64,000 bases of DNA from Ignavibacteriota bacterium. GTDB taxonomy: Bacteria > Bacteroidota > Ignavibacteria > UBA10030 > CAVZMI01. Numbering within the stretch: the stretch's first letter is position 1; each line of letters opens with the position of its first letter. Location: the NCBI GenBank assembly GCA_963776275.1, contig CAVZMI010000023.1, positions 64,001-128,000 of the forward strand, written 5' to 3'. This document shows, piece by piece, positions 60,638 through 64,000 of the stretch. The notes below the pieces were generated by a model, which saw only the letters and a program-made list of their open reading frames with translations, had not been told where the DNA came from and did not search any database. The translations under genes and the position numbers were made by a program.

Positions 60638-61516
60638 ATGAAAAAGCCGCTCTTTTCGATTCTCGTTGTGATCATGAATGTCATGTTAATTTCATCACTC
60701 GTTTTTGCCGACGGCGAGACGCGTAAAGCTACTCAGAAGGAAAAAGATTTTTACAGGATGGTGATGGAGACTCTCATCAAAGCATTGCCTGCCGCCGGAC
60801 CCGAAGGATGGCGTGAAGAGAAGAACCAGTTTGCGGAACTCGAATTGGTCACACCAGACTGCGAGAAATATCCGTTCCAGGTTAATTATGGTGCATCGTG
60901 AACCGATGACACCCGGAAGCAGGCAGCCGATGAAGAAATACAAAAAGACCTGGTATCCAAAATGATGAACAATACTTCAAATCCCGAATACATAAAGTTG
61001 ACTGAACAGACCAATATATTGGCTAAAGAGTTAGGTGATGCTGCTGGAAAGAACGATCAACCTACGGTCGAGCGGCTTCAGAAAGAACTGGAGACGAACG
61101 CGAAAAATATACATGCCATCACGGACGCGAATGATAAGGAATCTGACGGCATTATGGAAAAGGCGAGTGCGCACGATGTAAGCATACAGGTCAGTATCCA
61201 GGTGAATGAATTTTCACACCCGCTGTATGAAACTGTGGTCAAGGAGGCACCCGTGGCAGGGGGTCTGACATATCGCTCGCAGGGAGTATGGATAAAGGAC
61301 AATGGATGGCGTGAAGGTACAACGTACGTATTTCTTGGAAAAGGATGGCAGATGAAAACCGATGGTGGAACTTCTATCGAGACTAAAGAACGAAAAGGAA
61401 TTCCTTCAACAGCAGTGCAAACAATTTTTGTTTGAGTCCAGGCAGATCCGGCGCGGGCAAAGCAGGTTCTCGAAAAGATAGATTGGAATGCGTTGAAGAA
61501 GCTGATTCAGAATTAA
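60638..61516 (+). pseudogene. Secreted hypothetical protein interrupted by two in-frame TGA codons
   Basis: Single frame: signal peptide..YGAS*(60899)TDDTRK..TIFV*(61433)VQADPARAKQVLEKIDWNALKKLIQN*. Confidence 0.75.
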
Positions 61517-61544
61517 TGGAATTATCTTTAATATAATAAGGAAT

Positions 61545-62359
61545 ATGATCATGAAAAAATTAATGCTTCTTGTCGCACTGTTATTAATATGTTCAATCCC
61601 ATTGCTTGCCCAGGATGCCGAAGGATGTAAAGATCATCCTTTTTTTAGCAGGATGCCGAATTTCTATATTGAATCTTGCAATCAAAATTTTGATAAACTC
61701 GAATATTATGTTTCCGATGGAGTTACAGATACCAAAGAAGGAGATTTAACCAAAATTTCCTATAATTTTCCGGATGATGCCCCAACTAAAGCTCCCAGTC
61801 CATTACAAATTATTAGAAATTATGAAAATGCAATTATTAAATTGGGGGGAAAAAAATATATGTTAATGATCATGATTTAACTTATTCATTAAAAAAGAAT
61901 TCAAAAGAATATATTATCTGTGTAGCAATGAATGGGAATATACAGCATAACCTTAGTGTATTGGAAATTGCACTAATGAAACAAGAAATTACTGCCAATG
62001 AAATGCTTGATGCACTGAATAAAGACGGTTATATAGCGCTGAATATTCTTTTCGAAACAGGCAAATCTACTATTCAAAATGAATCACTTCCAGTAGTAGA
62101 CCAAATATTCGAATTGATGAAAAGTGATTTAACACTTAAAATCAGTATCGAAGGCCATACCGATAATGTGGGCGATGCTGTAAGCAATAAAAAACTCTCT
62201 AATGATCGGGCAAAATCTGTTATGGACGCTCTTATTGCCAAAGGAGTTGACAAGACAAGAATGTCGTTTGTTGGCTGGGGACAAGAAAAACCTGTTGCCG
62301 ATAACAGAAGCGAAGAAGGCAGAGCCAAAAACAGGCGCGTAGAAATAGTTAAAAAATAA
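61545..62359 (+). pseudogene. OmpA family peptidoglycan-binding protein; -1 frameshift in an A homopolymer at ~61850-61857
   Basis: Signal peptide, DAEGCKDHPFFSRMPNF; C-terminal ILFETGKS, IEGHTDNVG, LSNDRA, NRRVEI. Confidence 0.85.
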
Positions 62360-62529
62360 ATCCACAACCGGCATTTTAAAAAATCAACCGGAAGGCAAGG
62401 ATTTCAGAAGGTATAAAAGTCGCATCAATAATCCCGCGGTTCATCCCGTTGTGAGGCGTTAGCTTCGCAACTAAGGGCAGTATTCAGATCCTGAGTCCCT
62501 CTTCATCACAAAAGAAATGGAGTTGAATT

Positions 62530-63405
62530 ATGAAATTGAGAGTTCTTTATCTCTTCATTATTTTTTCTATAATTTCAATTGTGGGTTGGAATTGGAAGAA
62601 AGATTCACCAACAAACGAAGGGAATTCGACACAAGGCAATTTAGTGCCTGTGGCAGGCGGTACATTTACTGCCGGCTCAACTCCCGTCGCAATCAGCAGT
62701 TTTAAGATAGATAAGTATGAAGTGACTTATGAGCTTTGGACAGAGGTGAGAAACTGGGGTTTGGCTCACGGATATACAGATCTTCCTGCCGGACAAAATG
62801 GAGGCAGCTATCCTTCTGGCAACCCCGCTATCAGATCGAACAACCCTGTTACACAGGTGAATTGGTATGATGTTGTAAAGTGGTGTAATGCCCGTTCGGA
62901 AAAAGACGGCTTCACACCAGTATATTACATAGACAATAAACAAAGGACAATATATCGCACCGGAGGAATAGAACTTAATATAGATGCAGTAAAGTGGACA
63001 GCCAGCGGTTATCGGTTACCGACGGAATGCGAGTGGGAGTATGCGGCACGCGGAGGGAACCAAACACATGGCTACATGTATAGCGGCAGTAATGATTTAG
63101 ACGAAGTTGCGTGTCATTTTGACAACTCTGATACTAGCACTCATCCTGTCGGTCAAAAAAAAGCAGACGAACTTGGTATATATGATATGAGCGGAAATGT
63201 CAATGAATGGTGTTGGGACTGGTTCGGTAAAGCATACCCATCGGGAGGCATTACCGATCCGAAGGGTACAAAAGAATTCCCCATTCGGGTGATGCGTGGG
63301 GGTTCATTCGACCTCTACTCGCTCTTCTATCAGGTAGACTTCCGCGACTCCCACTACGCGTGGGCTCGCGGCTTCAACATCGGGTTTCGTTGTGTCAAAA
63401 ACTAA
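62530..63405 (+). CDS. Formylglycine-generating-enzyme (FGE-sulfatase/SUMF1, CLec-fold) family protein; candidate DGR target
   Basis: F.IDKYEVT, NPVTQVNWYD, YRLPTECEWEYAARGG, GIYDMSGNVNEWCWD, RVMRGGSF..NIGFRCV. Confidence 0.92.
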   Translation: MKLRVLYLFIIFSIISIVGWNWKKDSPTNEGNSTQGNLVPVAGGTFTAGSTPVAISSFKIDKYEVTYELWTEVRNWGLAHGYTDLPAGQNGGSYPSGNPAIRSNNPVTQVNWYDVVKWCNARSEKDGFTPVYYIDNKQRTIYRTGGIELNIDAVKWTASGYRLPTECEWEYAARGGNQTHGYMYSGSNDLDEVACHFDNSDTSTHPVGQKKADELGIYDMSGNVNEWCWDWFGKAYPSGGITDPKGTKEFPIRVMRGGSFDLYSLFYQVDFRDSHYAWARGFNIGFRCVKN

Positions 63406-63499
63406 ATCTGCACATCTGTTTTTTTACCCTTGTATATCTTCGGATCGATTTACACCATTCAGGTTTCAATTTAACAGAGAATTATCAAGGATCTCACTC

Positions 63500-63630
63500 T
63501 GCGGCAGCTCCTGTTAGGGCTGCCGTTTGATTATTAGTATCTGATTGCTTACTTTCAATTGTTCACCCAAAGATACATCCGACAACCGGTGTTAGATTGA
63601 GTTATAAATATTCAAGCGATATATTAATCA
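63500..63630 (+). repeat. Dispersed ~130-bp intergenic module, copy B
   Basis: gcggcagctc ctgtta gggctgccgt hairpin + ttt; aligns with 57965-58095. Confidence 0.7.
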
Positions 63631-63741
63631 AAACTAATTTGAGCGCGTGTCGCTAACGATGGCTGAGTTGCCAACGACGGTTGGGCAATTCGGGCTAAGT
63701 GAAATCCAATCGGCCCCAGGACTCTTAAAGGAGTTTTAACA

Positions 63742-64000
63742 ATGAAGAATTTGTATACTACTATAATCGTGTTGCTCTTATGCGTCCTTCTCTTATCTTG
63801 CAAGAAAGACGAGAGCAATCCCACCCAAAACCCTGCAACGGGTACTGTTCAAGGTACAATAACTTATACTGGTGCCGGTGCACCAAGCGCATCTAAACTT
63901 TTGGTTGTAGGAATCTATCCCTTCAGCAACACCAACATGCAAGGTCGCCAGATGGTTCAACAATTCAATTTAGTAGTTCGTCAACATCACCATTTTCGTA
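63742..64000 (+). CDS. Lipoprotein, 5' part only (runs off the window)
   Basis: RBS aaggag; MKNLYTTIIVLLLCVLLLSCKKDESNPT.. with lipobox LLSC. Confidence 0.7.
   Translation, partial: MKNLYTTIIVLLLCVLLLSCKKDESNPTQNPATGTVQGTITYTGAGAPSASKLLVVGIYPFSNTNMQGRQMVQQFNLVVRQHHHFR

Noticed and set aside
60899-61435. Selenocysteine codons
   Set aside because: No redox motif context and no evident SECIS hairpin directly after either TGA.
60460-62470. Integron attC sites (tctaacaa.. at ~60467; gcgttagc at ~62457)
   Set aside because: Only isolated core-like words are present. I could not find matching R''/R' and L boxes in a proper palindrome, and there is no integrase.

Overview
Bacterial chromosome segment, probably from the FCB group (Ignavibacteria-like). 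This is inferred from several secreted proteins ending in the NYPNPFNP/FlgD-Ig (T9SS type-A-like) C-terminal domain. From 1 to 24 kb the region is accessory. It holds two TMTC-like TPR glycosyltransferase paralogs separated by a complete IS481 element, then a 10.2-kb-period tandem duplication of a two-gene operon. That operon encodes a ~2500-aa secreted protein (cadherin/Ig, dockerin, cohesin-like domain, CTD) and a 399-aa double-cohesin CTD protein. The copies are mosaic: nearly identical at the 3' end and strongly divergent in internal blocks. Remnants of a third cohesin gene and a second four-helix-bundle gene are present. From 24 to 56.6 kb the genes are mostly housekeeping: two ECF sigma/anti-sigma pairs, ppx, prmA, two dacB, secA, glnB, era, uvrC, an OPT transporter, pepT, a PAS hybrid kinase and a KimA-like permease. 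Six genes across the window carry frame-breaking indels that look like sequencing errors. At 56.7-57.9 kb a tRNA-Val(CAC) is preceded by hairpin-interrupted copies of its own 5' end and followed by a nested REP-like repeat array. From 58 to 64 kb lies an island-like, partly decayed block that includes an FGE-sulfatase/CLec gene with a DGR-type NNC-rich C-terminus. No reverse transcriptase or template repeat was found in this window.
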